Below are positions 38,338 to 47,830 of a stretch of DNA of 64,000 nucleotides, one piece after another; the stretch's first letter is position 1; every line of letters starts with the position of its first letter. A model generated the notes under the pieces. It ran no database searches. It was not told where the DNA came from and saw nothing but the letters and a program-made list of their open reading frames with translations. A program made the translations under genes and the position numbers. This DNA comes from a virus, in IMG/VR virus record IMGVR_UViG_3300032753_000007, positions 1 through 64,000 of that record. One strand, given 5' to 3'.

Positions 38338-38412
38338 CTTCCAGATTACTTTAAAGTAATCTGGAAGTCAATACTGCTGCAGAGATTAATCTCTGCAGCA
38401 GTATTTTTTTTT
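38338..38412 (+). terminator. Double hairpin terminator of cassette 3 (probably bidirectional)
   Basis: cttccagattact-ttaa-agtaatctggaag, then aatactgctgcagagat-ta-atctctgcagcagtatt plus a T-run; lies between convergent genes. Confidence 0.85.
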
Positions 38413-39259
38413 ATGCTAAATCTTTATTTATTTTTTTGCTTGTTTCTGATTGGGCATAGCCTACTAGCTTTACTTGAAATAATACAATAGAAAACAGTTC
38501 TAATGCTTTAGCACAGTTTAAGATATATTCTCTTAATTGTTCTAATTTAGCTTCAGGTAATTCTTTTAGTATTTGCTCATGCTCTTTACTAGAGGTTAAT
38601 TTAGTAATGTAATCTAATAGTCTTTTTAATCTAGCGGTAATTTCAGCAGTATTTACTTTAGATGCAGTATCAATTAATAAGGTAACTTGTTTAAAGCATT
38701 TCTCATAGCCTTCTACATCACCGTATAAATCAATAAATAAACGATTATGAATACCATTATCAACGGACTGATTAAAATGCTTCATTAACTCATCATTGTG
38801 TTTTTTATAATCTAATGCATGTGGATCTAAGTTAATCCATACTTTATACAATGTTTCAGGTTTACTAATACAAATAGCTAACCATTGCTCTAATGGCTTT
38901 AATAATAAGTTATCTATATTACTCAATGTATCTAATGCTTGATGTAATGTCTCTACATAAGCAGGTAAGTCTTTATCAATATAAGCAGGTGCACAAACTG
39001 TATAGGTTGTTAATGCAGTTCTACCTAATTTATTGATATTATTAACACTCGTTTTAAAACCAGTATTATCTAAAAAGTTTAATCGTAGTGCTTTGTTATT
39101 TAACGAAGCTGATTCATCTGACAATACAGAGGTTACTTTAGTAAAGAAACCTACTGCAAAGTTTTTAACAGAAGCAAAGTCAAAGCCTTCCATAGCGACT
39201 TCAACTAAATCTTCATCTGTATATCCTAGATTTTTTAAAATAGCGTTATTTAAGCTCAT
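38411..39259 (-). CDS. Probable virion head protein (phiKZ gp153-like)
   Basis: Divergent from UvsX; acidic N-terminus ending 'VAMEG', fitting the prohead protease A-x-E motif. Confidence 0.6.
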   Translation of the reverse strand: MSLNNAILKNLGYTDEDLVEVAMEGFDFASVKNFAVGFFTKVTSVLSDESASLNNKALRLNFLDNTGFKTSVNNINKLGRTALTTYTVCAPAYIDKDLPAYVETLHQALDTLSNIDNLLLKPLEQWLAICISKPETLYKVWINLDPHALDYKKHNDELMKHFNQSVDNGIHNRLFIDLYGDVEGYEKCFKQVTLLIDTASKVNTAEITARLKRLLDYITKLTSSKEHEQILKELPEAKLEQLREYILNCAKALELFSIVLFQVKLVGYAQSETSKKINKDLA

Positions 39260-39338
39260 AGTTTTCTCATTTTATTTAATTAGTAACCCCCATTATTTTA
39301 TAGACAATCCGTTAACTTAACAAATTGGATATATAATA

Positions 39339-40838
39339 ATGAATCTATTATCAGGTTTTACATCAGTACCGGCTATTACGCCAGCTTTTAATGTAGGTGG
39401 TGGTTTTGATATTTTAACCGGTGCATACTATATTGGTAGATGGGGGCAATCTATATTAAACGGTGGTTTATATTCTACAGTATCTATCGCTGGCCCTGCT
39501 AATTCATTTAAATCAGCTCTCATAGATTACTTACATTTAACAGTATGTGATAGAATTAAACCGTATCAATTATCTAAGTATTGTACTGAGAATTCATCTA
39601 CTTATAAACGGTTACAAGCACTTTGTGCTAAAATGCCTAATATGTCTAAAATAGATCACTCAAATGAATTTTTAGAACCTGAAGAAATAAAGATACGACT
39701 CACTACTATTAAAGAAGAAATGGGCGATGTGTATTTTTCTAAGATGAGTAAGCTATCTCGATTTAAAGCATCTGATAAATCTATAAAACGTTTTACTACA
39801 CCTTTTAGAAATGCTAAAGGCGATCCCATTACTATGATACAGCCTACTGGCCTTATCATAGACTCTATATCAGCTTTCATGACTACTAATGTAGAAGAAG
39901 GGATGATTGCTAATAATAACTTAGGTAGCTCTGAACAAAATACAGTATGGATGCGTTTAGGATTAGCTAAAAAATTATTAATATCTGAATTACCTGGATT
40001 ATGTTCTAGAGGCTCTATGTTTGTTGGTTTAACGGCTCATGTAGGCGAAGAGTTTGAATTAGGTGGCCCAATGGCACCTAAGAAACATAAGCTCACACAT
40101 GCTAAAAAAGGCACGACTATGAAAGGGGCTTCAAAAGCATTTGAGTATATAAATACTGTTTTATTTGAAATACAAAATGTTTCATTACTCAATAATAAAA
40201 CGTATAATACAGGTGTACTTTATCCAGCTAATGCAAGAGATAGAGGTGAAGAAACCGCTGATTTAATTTTAATTAAACTCATTGCTATTCGTAATAAAGA
40301 AGGTGGTAGTGGCAATAGATTAAATGTAGTTGTTTCACAACGTGAAGGTTTATTGCCTCATTTAACACAATTTCATCATTTAAAAGAATCTAAATTTTTT
40401 GGGTTAGTTGGAAATGATAGAAATTATGCATTAGCATTATTGCCCGACTTACCATTAAGTAGAACAACAGTAAGAAATCTTATTGACAATATGCCTGAGT
40501 TAAGAAGAGCATTAGAGATTACTGATGAGCTATTACAAATAAAAGAATACTGGGATACGCCTAAAGATGATTTACTCTGTACACCTGAAGAACTATACAA
40601 TGACATTATAGCATTAGGCTATAATTGGAAAACATTATTAAATACTAGAGGATGGTGGGTGTTTGATGAGCATCTTAATGATAATCTTCCTGAATTATCT
40701 ACCTGGGATTTATTGCGCATACGTAAAGGTTTATATAAGCCTTATTGGCTAAGCAGAAGTTGGGCTAAAACAGAAAAGCCAAAAGGACTCTTATTAGATG
40801 TACTATCACAAATATCTGAGGATGAAAAATATGACTAA
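39339..40838 (+). CDS. uvsX: UvsX/RecA-like recombinase (phiKZ gp152-like)
   Basis: 'FNVGGGFDILTG.Y..G..G.SILNGG', P-loop 'GPANSFKS', Walker B 'IIDSIS', 'LTAHVG'. Confidence 0.8.
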   Translation: MNLLSGFTSVPAITPAFNVGGGFDILTGAYYIGRWGQSILNGGLYSTVSIAGPANSFKSALIDYLHLTVCDRIKPYQLSKYCTENSSTYKRLQALCAKMPNMSKIDHSNEFLEPEEIKIRLTTIKEEMGDVYFSKMSKLSRFKASDKSIKRFTTPFRNAKGDPITMIQPTGLIIDSISAFMTTNVEEGMIANNNLGSSEQNTVWMRLGLAKKLLISELPGLCSRGSMFVGLTAHVGEEFELGGPMAPKKHKLTHAKKGTTMKGASKAFEYINTVLFEIQNVSLLNNKTYNTGVLYPANARDRGEETADLILIKLIAIRNKEGGSGNRLNVVVSQREGLLPHLTQFHHLKESKFFGLVGNDRNYALALLPDLPLSRTTVRNLIDNMPELRRALEITDELLQIKEYWDTPKDDLLCTPEELYNDIIALGYNWKTLLNTRGWWVFDEHLNDNLPELSTWDLLRIRKGLYKPYWLSRSWAKTEKPKGLLLDVLSQISEDEKYD

Positions 40839-41130
40839 AGATGTTTTAACCACTACAATAGATATCATTGCTGATGTCTGTAGTCATCGTGCCAGTGAAC
40901 GCTTTAAAGCTATGGTAACTAAAGCACGTTTTACACTAGATACTGAATTATCAGAAGCATTACAAGTCAAAGCTATTAATGTATTTTGGCGTAATCTTTT
41001 ATTAGATTATCCTAATACCATGCAAATTAGAATGTGGCTATGTGATTGTGAAACCATTGCAGCCTATGCACATGCATTTAAGTATTCGTGGTTACCTATG
41101 TTAGATGGCATTGGTATTTTCCATGACTAG
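40831..41130 (+). CDS. Conserved phiKZ-like hypothetical protein
   Basis: ATG 40831 after GAGGA; lies between UvsX and the RNAP fragment. Confidence 0.55.
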   Translation: MTKDVLTTTIDIIADVCSHRASERFKAMVTKARFTLDTELSEALQVKAINVFWRNLLLDYPNTMQIRMWLCDCETIAAYAHAFKYSWLPMLDGIGIFHD

Positions 41131-41785
41131 ACATGAAGTAGAAAAATGGTTTTTAGATTACATTGATGAGTTAGATCCAGGCAATGATAATGTTAAACTC
41201 TATAAAGAATTCTTTGCTACATTGAGTTTTAAAGATTTACAAAACTTAGGTAGACGATTAGTCAATAAAGAAATTACATTGCCGTATTATGCCGCTAATA
41301 TGGTAAATAGAGATATACCTGTTGATAATGCTTTAAAGGTATTAGATAAGTTAGGCGTTAATGTATTTCAGCGTGTAGAAGTAACTGATTCAGTAACAGG
41401 TGTTAGATATAAAAGTGCTGTTAAATATATGATATTAACATTACATGTTAGACGACAATCACAACATAGTTTAAAAGGTAAATCAACTGCTACAGATAGC
41501 GTTCATATTGACTATTTGACAGGTCAAGCAAGTGGTGTATCAGATACAACTCATTTATCATTACCTGAAATCATGAACTTAGAATCTGCTGGATTACATA
41601 AAGGCATTCAAGAAATGGTTAATGTACGAGGTGGTAATCAAAAAGGATTTAATGAAGCCAAACAACGTATTTATCAAACCGGTGGTTATAGCTTAGATTC
41701 TATTTTAGAATTAGGCTATAGACCTACTTCTACTGAAACGTTTCATGCATACTTACTTGGTATGCATTATGACAATAACTATTAA
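41123..41785 (+). CDS. rpoB: Virion RNA polymerase beta subunit, C-terminal part (phiKZ gp149-like)
   Basis: 'YMILTLHVRRQSQ...IDYLTGQASG...LSLPEIMNLESAG...IQEMVNVRGG' parallels the RpoB C-terminal 'VTQQP...GEME..L.AYG...LQE.LTV' region. Confidence 0.8.
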   Translation: MTRHEVEKWFLDYIDELDPGNDNVKLYKEFFATLSFKDLQNLGRRLVNKEITLPYYAANMVNRDIPVDNALKVLDKLGVNVFQRVEVTDSVTGVRYKSAVKYMILTLHVRRQSQHSLKGKSTATDSVHIDYLTGQASGVSDTTHLSLPEIMNLESAGLHKGIQEMVNVRGGNQKGFNEAKQRIYQTGGYSLDSILELGYRPTSTETFHAYLLGMHYDNNY

Positions 41786-41799
41786 ATAGGATAATAGTA

Positions 41800-42588
41800 A
41801 TGTTAAAGCAAGGTGATACCTCTGTAAAAGTTAAGCAATTGCAATTAGCAATTGGTCTGAACAATATTACTGGTTACTTTGGCGTAGAAACAACTAATCG
41901 AATTAAACATATACAGCGAGATAAAAACATGATACCAACTGGAACAGTCAGCGATGATTTATTTAAAGAATTAGTACATACTACTGATATTAAATTAAAT
42001 CAACTTGTTAACATTTTACCTACTACTATCGTTAAAGAGCTCTATGCTTCTTTAAATCTTATACCAGAAATAACTGCTGCTAATATAGCACACTTTATAT
42101 CACAATGTATGGTAGAGAGTAGTAACTTTACACGCTGCGTAGAAGATTTAAGGTACTCAAAAGAAGGTTTATTAAAAAACTTTAGTAAATACTTTACACC
42201 TACTGAAGCCCATATATATGCTGGTAATGAAGCTAAAATTGCTAATCGCATTTATGCTAATCGCAATGGTAATGGAAATGAACACAGTGGTGATGGTTGG
42301 AAATATAAAGGCAGAGGCTATATATCACTAACATTTAAAGATAACTATAAAGAGTTTAGTGAGTATGTTAAACAACCTGCTATTATGACATCACCTGATT
42401 TAGTAGCTACTCAATACCCATTAGAGTCTGCTATATTCTTTTTTACTAAAAATAAATTATGGGGATTAAATGCACCTGCTAATAACCATGGTGTAATGAT
42501 TGTTAGAGAGCATGTTAATGGTGGCACAATTGGTTTATCAGAAGCCATTAAATGTTTTGATAAAGTCTATACTGCTATTAAAGCATGA
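41800..42588 (+). CDS. Modular endolysin: peptidoglycan-binding domain plus glycoside hydrolase family 19
   Basis: 'LKQGDTSVKVKQLQ...TGYFGVET...IQ' PG-binding domain; 'AHFISQCMVES...EDLRYS', 'GDGWKYKGRGYISLTFKDNY', 'VNGGTIGL'. Confidence 0.9.
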   Translation: MLKQGDTSVKVKQLQLAIGLNNITGYFGVETTNRIKHIQRDKNMIPTGTVSDDLFKELVHTTDIKLNQLVNILPTTIVKELYASLNLIPEITAANIAHFISQCMVESSNFTRCVEDLRYSKEGLLKNFSKYFTPTEAHIYAGNEAKIANRIYANRNGNGNEHSGDGWKYKGRGYISLTFKDNYKEFSEYVKQPAIMTSPDLVATQYPLESAIFFFTKNKLWGLNAPANNHGVMIVREHVNGGTIGLSEAIKCFDKVYTAIKA

Positions 42589-43316
42589 AACACCACAAAC
42601 TACTTATACCCCTAGATTGTTTGTTTGATACTTATCTAGGGGTTGTTGATGCCCTGTATCCAAAAACCATCATCTCATTATTGAGTGATGGTTATTTTGG
42701 ACGTGTTCATAACAAGTTATCGGCATTTAATAAAAATATTGATGATTTAGCAGTTGCTAAAAGGTGGTCTAATCGTGATATAGAAATATTGCGAAATAGT
42801 AAACGAAGTGCATTAGTATCTGTATTAATGAAGTACTTTACTGATGTAAATAATAGTAATGAAGAAAATCCATTAGCTAATACCTATACAGTAGTCATTA
42901 ATACATGGCCTTATGATTTAGCTAATCAAGAATTAGTTGAGTTATTTTCTTTATTAATTGATTTATTTAACATTGGTGATATTAAACACATTCATGTAGC
43001 AATGGCTGATTTAACACCTGAATATATTAAAGAAAAACAATATACAAAATTCTTTTTATATGATTGGAATGAATGGCACTATCATCATAAATTAGCATTA
43101 CAGAAATGTAAAATACCTAAAATAACATGTGTATTTCCATTAACCTATATTAATGGCGTAACTACAGCTGAACATGAAGAAGAAGTAATAAAATGGACAG
43201 CAGCAGGTGCTTACTTACATATTGATTTAGAGATCGTTAGATTAGCAGATATGTCTATTGATGCTGAATTACTATTAAATGAACTAAAGGAAATTTATGA
43301 CCCACAAACAAATTGA
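42585..43316 (+). CDS. Conserved phiKZ-like hypothetical protein
   Basis: 'LIPLDCLFDTYLG...INTWPYDL...LYDWNEW' pattern. Confidence 0.6.
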   Translation: MKHHKLLIPLDCLFDTYLGVVDALYPKTIISLLSDGYFGRVHNKLSAFNKNIDDLAVAKRWSNRDIEILRNSKRSALVSVLMKYFTDVNNSNEENPLANTYTVVINTWPYDLANQELVELFSLLIDLFNIGDIKHIHVAMADLTPEYIKEKQYTKFFLYDWNEWHYHHKLALQKCKIPKITCVFPLTYINGVTTAEHEEEVIKWTAAGAYLHIDLEIVRLADMSIDAELLLNELKEIYDPQTN

Positions 43317-43830
43317 ATCTATTTTACAAATACTAAATAAATGCATTAACACAAAACAAGCATTTAAAGATATTGCTGATTATCAAATTGAAATGAAATC
43401 TTTAAAAGGGAGTAGTTTTGCATTTGTTGATGATGATGAATCAGTAGCATTAATTAAATTAACATTAGAAAACATTACAATGCCATTTAGTGATGCAATA
43501 GAGAGAGATAAGAATAATGAAAGTATTAATTTTCCATTATTTAAAGAATTAGAAAATTTAACCTATGAATTTAGTTTTGTATCTGGATTATCATTAGATG
43601 ATTGGTCTGTATTAGCTACCTATATGGTTATGGCACATGAACGTAGTTTAAAGTATGTTTATGACATTGGTATATTAGATAGTAAAGTTAGATTACTATT
43701 AGGTAATCCTTGGTTATTTATTTTACTTTTATTAGAGTTAACACCATTTACATTGTATGCTGATATTGTAGAAACTGAATTATTAAAAATAGCTATTAAT
43801 CAACGTGTTGATAAACTCATAGCTACTTAG
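43297..43830 (+). CDS. Hypothetical protein
   Basis: 177 aa, AAGGA RBS. Confidence 0.6.
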   Translation: MTHKQIESILQILNKCINTKQAFKDIADYQIEMKSLKGSSFAFVDDDESVALIKLTLENITMPFSDAIERDKNNESINFPLFKELENLTYEFSFVSGLSLDDWSVLATYMVMAHERSLKYVYDIGILDSKVRLLLGNPWLFILLLLELTPFTLYADIVETELLKIAINQRVDKLIAT

Positions 43831-44215
43831 TAGTTTCTACTAATACCATAAAATCATTGTATGTTAATGATGATAGTTTTGTAGAGGTTTCATCTGGCAA
43901 TGGTACAATAGCAGGTACTTCAGGAGATTGTATTACTTTACTTTGAACAGTGTCTATTCTAAATGGATCACTCATTAGTTTAGTAAAGTGTTGTGCCATT
44001 GCAATAGATAGTTGTTTATTGCTTTCAGCATTAGATTCTTCTTGTTTAACTTTTAATTGGCCTAATGCAGTTGTGGTTAATCCAGCCAATAATAAGGCTT
44101 TATCTTTAGTTGACATTTCTTCTGTTGCAAGAATTTCTAATCTTTTTTGTTGTGCATAATTAATCACGTCTAATGGATTAGCTACATCAACAAGTGGTAA
44201 CTCATTTGTTTCCAT
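43823..44215 (-). CDS. Hypothetical protein
   Basis: 130 aa, AGGA RBS, convergent with the previous gene. Confidence 0.6.
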   Translation of the reverse strand: METNELPLVDVANPLDVINYAQQKRLEILATEEMSTKDKALLLAGLTTTALGQLKVKQEESNAESNKQLSIAMAQHFTKLMSDPFRIDTVQSKVIQSPEVPAIVPLPDETSTKLSSLTYNDFMVLVETTK

Positions 44216-44235
44216 TGTAATATTCCTATTATTTA

Positions 44236-44270
44236 ATAAATTTTAAGCCATATATTATCTATATGATAAT
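44236..44270 (+). promoter_or_regulatory. Early-type promoter motif (weaker copy)
   Basis: ATTTTAAGCCATATATTATCTATATGA has the same spacing as the consensus; TATATTAT resembles the phiKZ early TATATTAC element. Confidence 0.5.
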
Positions 44271-44291
44271 TCAAAAACTAAGGTATAGCTA

Positions 44292-44795
44292 ATGCAATTA
44301 GTAAAAAATATACAAAAAGGACTATACGCAAAAAGCACAATTAAAAAAATGAAAGATAAAAACCTATCTATTTGGAATAGAGCTGTATTAGGTATTGATT
44401 TAATTACTGAAGATAATGCACCTACAGTAACATGGGTTTGGATGCAAACTTATATTTGGTCACCAGCTATTCCTAATTTAAATAAATTTGTTAGTCACAT
44501 AGAGCATGTTGTAACAAGCTATGATAAGCGATTACTCATCGATCACATCGCGCCTTATGCGCCAATTGATATTCGGTTAGATACGTGGTGCTATGCTGAA
44601 AACAATAACAACATTGGATTATTAGAGGGCTATTTTATTGTAGCGAGTTATATTAAACACATGAAAGATGCTAAATTAAAAGAGCATGAAATATCCGTAT
44701 TATCTCGAAAACTATATACGGTTTTAGCAACGTTTATTAAATTAACCATTATATTGGTGGAGTTAAAATATGGCAGAAAAAGAAGTTGGTTCTAA
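44292..44795 (+). CDS. Hypothetical protein
   Basis: 167 aa, AAGGT RBS. Confidence 0.6.
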   Translation: MQLVKNIQKGLYAKSTIKKMKDKNLSIWNRAVLGIDLITEDNAPTVTWVWMQTYIWSPAIPNLNKFVSHIEHVVTSYDKRLLIDHIAPYAPIDIRLDTWCYAENNNNIGLLEGYFIVASYIKHMKDAKLKEHEISVLSRKLYTVLATFIKLTIILVELKYGRKRSWF

Positions 44796-45177
44796 AAATC
44801 CAATGATTGATGTAATAGAATCTGGATTACAAGGAATACATAGTACAACCAATGTTTTAGCATTTATCTTTAGAAAAGTTATTTGGGATATTAATATTGA
44901 TGCACCTACTTGGTACAAGTTGTTAAATGATTGGCAAATCATGTTAAGTAAATCTGAAATGACTCAGAAGCAATTAGCGAGTGATAGAGGAAATACTATT
45001 AGACGACTCGCTAAAGATAAGTTGCAATGGAGTGGTTTTATGTTAGGGCTGCATATACTACAAATTGAAAAAGTTGATATTGAAATGGTATTTCATAGAA
45101 ACGATACTATCCTTACCACTGTAAAAGTTACGGTACCCATTGTTAGAAAAAGTAAACCAAAACCAATTAATAAATGA
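44770..45177 (+). CDS. Conserved phiKZ-like hypothetical protein
   Basis: 'LAFIFRK...RGN..R.L.K..L.W..F..GL' pattern; GGAG RBS. Confidence 0.6.
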   Translation: MAEKEVGSKNPMIDVIESGLQGIHSTTNVLAFIFRKVIWDINIDAPTWYKLLNDWQIMLSKSEMTQKQLASDRGNTIRRLAKDKLQWSGFMLGLHILQIEKVDIEMVFHRNDTILTTVKVTVPIVRKSKPKPINK

Positions 45178-45183
45178 ATAATC

Positions 45184-45224
45184 ATATGTGATGAGCCTCA
45201 TAAGCTCATCACATATTTTTTTTT
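45184..45224 (+). terminator. Intrinsic terminator
   Basis: atatgtgatgagc-ctcataa-gctcatcacatat plus a T-run. Confidence 0.8.
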
Positions 45225-45244
45225 ATCTTTATAAAGGAGTAAGT

Positions 45245-47818
45245 ATGGCTGATGTACAAGATCCAGAATATCAAGCAAGATTAGATCAAGCCAGTATTAA
45301 CGTTAACGGCACAGCTCAAGGTGGAGACAGTATCATTTATAATGGGGTAACTTACAACAAAAGCATTGTATTAGTTAATCCAAAAATTAATCCTGGAGCA
45401 TCACCAGATGGTAATTGGATAGCAGATATTACCCCTACACCAGGAGCAGCATTTGGATCTGATGGTGGCATTTCACCCACTTCAAGTATTCCAACATCTA
45501 CTAATGCTGCTAGTGGCTCTTTACTATCTGGCATTAGCAGTTCTGCAAACAATGTTGTTAGTGGTATATCTAGTAGTGCAGGTAATGCTGTAAATGGAAT
45601 TTCAAATACAGTAAACGGCGTTACTTCTCAAGCAAGTAGTTTACTAAATGGTGCTACTGATACAATTAGTAATTTACCTAAACAAGCGACATCATTATTA
45701 AGCGGTATATCTAGTACTGTATCGAGCGGCATTGGTAGCGTTGAATCGCTATTTAATTTTAGCTCAACGCCCTCTCCAGTAGTTACTCCTAATCCAGTAC
45801 CTACTCCTGTTGCTAAATTATCACCTACTAGTTTTCAAACATCACCTTTTGCTGAAAAAGTATTAGTAGATCCTTACCAAACATTTAATTTAAATAAACT
45901 CACATTACCAGAATTATCTATTGATAAAACAGTAGATTATTTAGAAAGCTTAATACCTACTGACATTATTAGCAATTTAAAAAAAGCACCAGACTTACTT
46001 AGCTTTTTATCACAAAAAGCAATGTCATTAGAAAATTTTGTAGGCTCATTAAGAAATATGATGCCGTCTAATTTTTCATTAGATGGCATATTAAGAAAAT
46101 GTGGTGCTTTAGATTTATTTAATAATATAAATGATATTAAAAACGTATATAGTAATTTAGGTGTAGAACTCAGTACCATTGGGCCAGATGCATTAGCTAC
46201 TGCTACTAATTACATATCTAATATAGAAGGTCAATTTAGTTCTGTATCTCAACAATTTTCATCATTAGGTGGAGGGCTATTAGGATCATATGGTAGCAAT
46301 AGTTATGGTAGTGTGCCTTATAGTTACAATGCATCGCCTATTGTATCTACTGCAGCTACATTAAGTTACGTTAATGAGTTAGCTAAAGTAACACCATCTA
46401 ATAGTGATATACTCTCTACAGTAGGATTAAATAGTATAAACAATAACAAACTATTAAATAGCACTACTAGCAGTACATTTACCACAATAATGGGAGCAGC
46501 TCAAACTATTGGTGCTTCTAATACGGCTAATATAGCTAATTCAGTATCGACATTAAATCCAGCATTAGTAACTTCTATTTATACACAAGCAGTAGCAAAA
46601 CTAGGAACAGCAAATAGTTCAGGAAATCTGCCTACTACAATTCCTAAAGTAGTAGCTTCTGGTATAGCTGCAGTAACTAAATTAGGTACAACTAATAGTA
46701 ATGCTATTTGTGCTATGACAACAACTCAATCAGCAGTTATTTTATCAATTGCTACACAATACGATACATTATCTTCTAAGTTCATTACTACGCTAACTAC
46801 ACAAATAGCAACGCATGGTAGTGCTACTATACAAACAATAGTTAATGATTTAAATACAGTTATTTCTACTACTGGTGTAACGCCATTATTAACGTTACTA
46901 AATACAGTTTATAAAACAAATAGCACTACTGCATTATCTACTGCTACAAATAGCAGTATTTATACAACGTTAATATCAGACATTAACGCCTATGGGATTA
47001 GCTTTATTTATTCACTTGCACAAAGCATTGCTGTTAGTGGTCAAGCTACTGTTATTTCACTAATTACAAATATTAGTGAAATAACGCCTGCTGTATTATC
47101 GCCTATACTAGCATCAGTATCCACTATACAAACAACAATGACTAGTTTAATTGCTGATATACAGACATTAACACCCGCACAATACACAGCTATTACAGAT
47201 ATATTGTCTACTTATGATCCTGGATTAATTAGTGCACTAGCTACTGCAAATACTACATTAACAGCAGCACAAGTACTACAAACTATCAATGCATTTACTA
47301 ATGTAGATCCTACTGTATTAAGTAATAGCATTATACAATTAACTAATCAGTCTACATCAACGCTAACTACTATTGGTAAATTAATGGCAGTTAATGAACC
47401 CTATAGCATTGTTAGTAATTCTGTGTATGGTGATCCAATATTACTACATTACGCAATAAAAGAAAGTTTAAAAATTTATTCATTAAAAGGTAATTATAAT
47501 GCTGTTTTAAATCTATTAACTAATTATAATGGCACTATTGTAGCCAATGATTTATTAACAGTTATTAGTAACCTATTAACTAATTATAAACAGACTACTT
47601 CTGATTTATTACTGGGATTAACAGAAGCGGGTGCTAATTTATTAAACGCTTTAAATAGCATTTATATTAATTGGTTTACTGTACTCAGAAATGGCATTAG
47701 TATTGAAAATACTTATATACTAATTGGCGCTAGTAACGATGCTTTAATTTTATTACAAACTCAACCATCCACAGCTATTGGGGCTACTTTAGTACTTGAT
47801 AACAACTATACAAAATAA
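45245..47818 (+). CDS. Large Ser/Thr-rich probable virion protein
   Basis: Likely start is 45245 (AAGGAG RBS; 45188 lies inside the terminator); low-complexity amphipathic repeats. Confidence 0.6.
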   Translation: MADVQDPEYQARLDQASINVNGTAQGGDSIIYNGVTYNKSIVLVNPKINPGASPDGNWIADITPTPGAAFGSDGGISPTSSIPTSTNAASGSLLSGISSSANNVVSGISSSAGNAVNGISNTVNGVTSQASSLLNGATDTISNLPKQATSLLSGISSTVSSGIGSVESLFNFSSTPSPVVTPNPVPTPVAKLSPTSFQTSPFAEKVLVDPYQTFNLNKLTLPELSIDKTVDYLESLIPTDIISNLKKAPDLLSFLSQKAMSLENFVGSLRNMMPSNFSLDGILRKCGALDLFNNINDIKNVYSNLGVELSTIGPDALATATNYISNIEGQFSSVSQQFSSLGGGLLGSYGSNSYGSVPYSYNASPIVSTAATLSYVNELAKVTPSNSDILSTVGLNSINNNKLLNSTTSSTFTTIMGAAQTIGASNTANIANSVSTLNPALVTSIYTQAVAKLGTANSSGNLPTTIPKVVASGIAAVTKLGTTNSNAICAMTTTQSAVILSIATQYDTLSSKFITTLTTQIATHGSATIQTIVNDLNTVISTTGVTPLLTLLNTVYKTNSTTALSTATNSSIYTTLISDINAYGISFIYSLAQSIAVSGQATVISLITNISEITPAVLSPILASVSTIQTTMTSLIADIQTLTPAQYTAITDILSTYDPGLISALATANTTLTAAQVLQTINAFTNVDPTVLSNSIIQLTNQSTSTLTTIGKLMAVNEPYSIVSNSVYGDPILLHYAIKESLKIYSLKGNYNAVLNLLTNYNGTIVANDLLTVISNLLTNYKQTTSDLLLGLTEAGANLLNALNSIYINWFTVLRNGISIENTYILIGASNDALILLQTQPSTAIGATLVLDNNYTK

Positions 47819-47830
47819 AAGGTGATTTAT

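Noticed and set aside
24090-38412. Cassettes as IS elements or integron cassettes
   Set aside because: No transposase or integrase, terminal inverted repeats, target duplications or attC consensus seen; kept only as a minor alternative.
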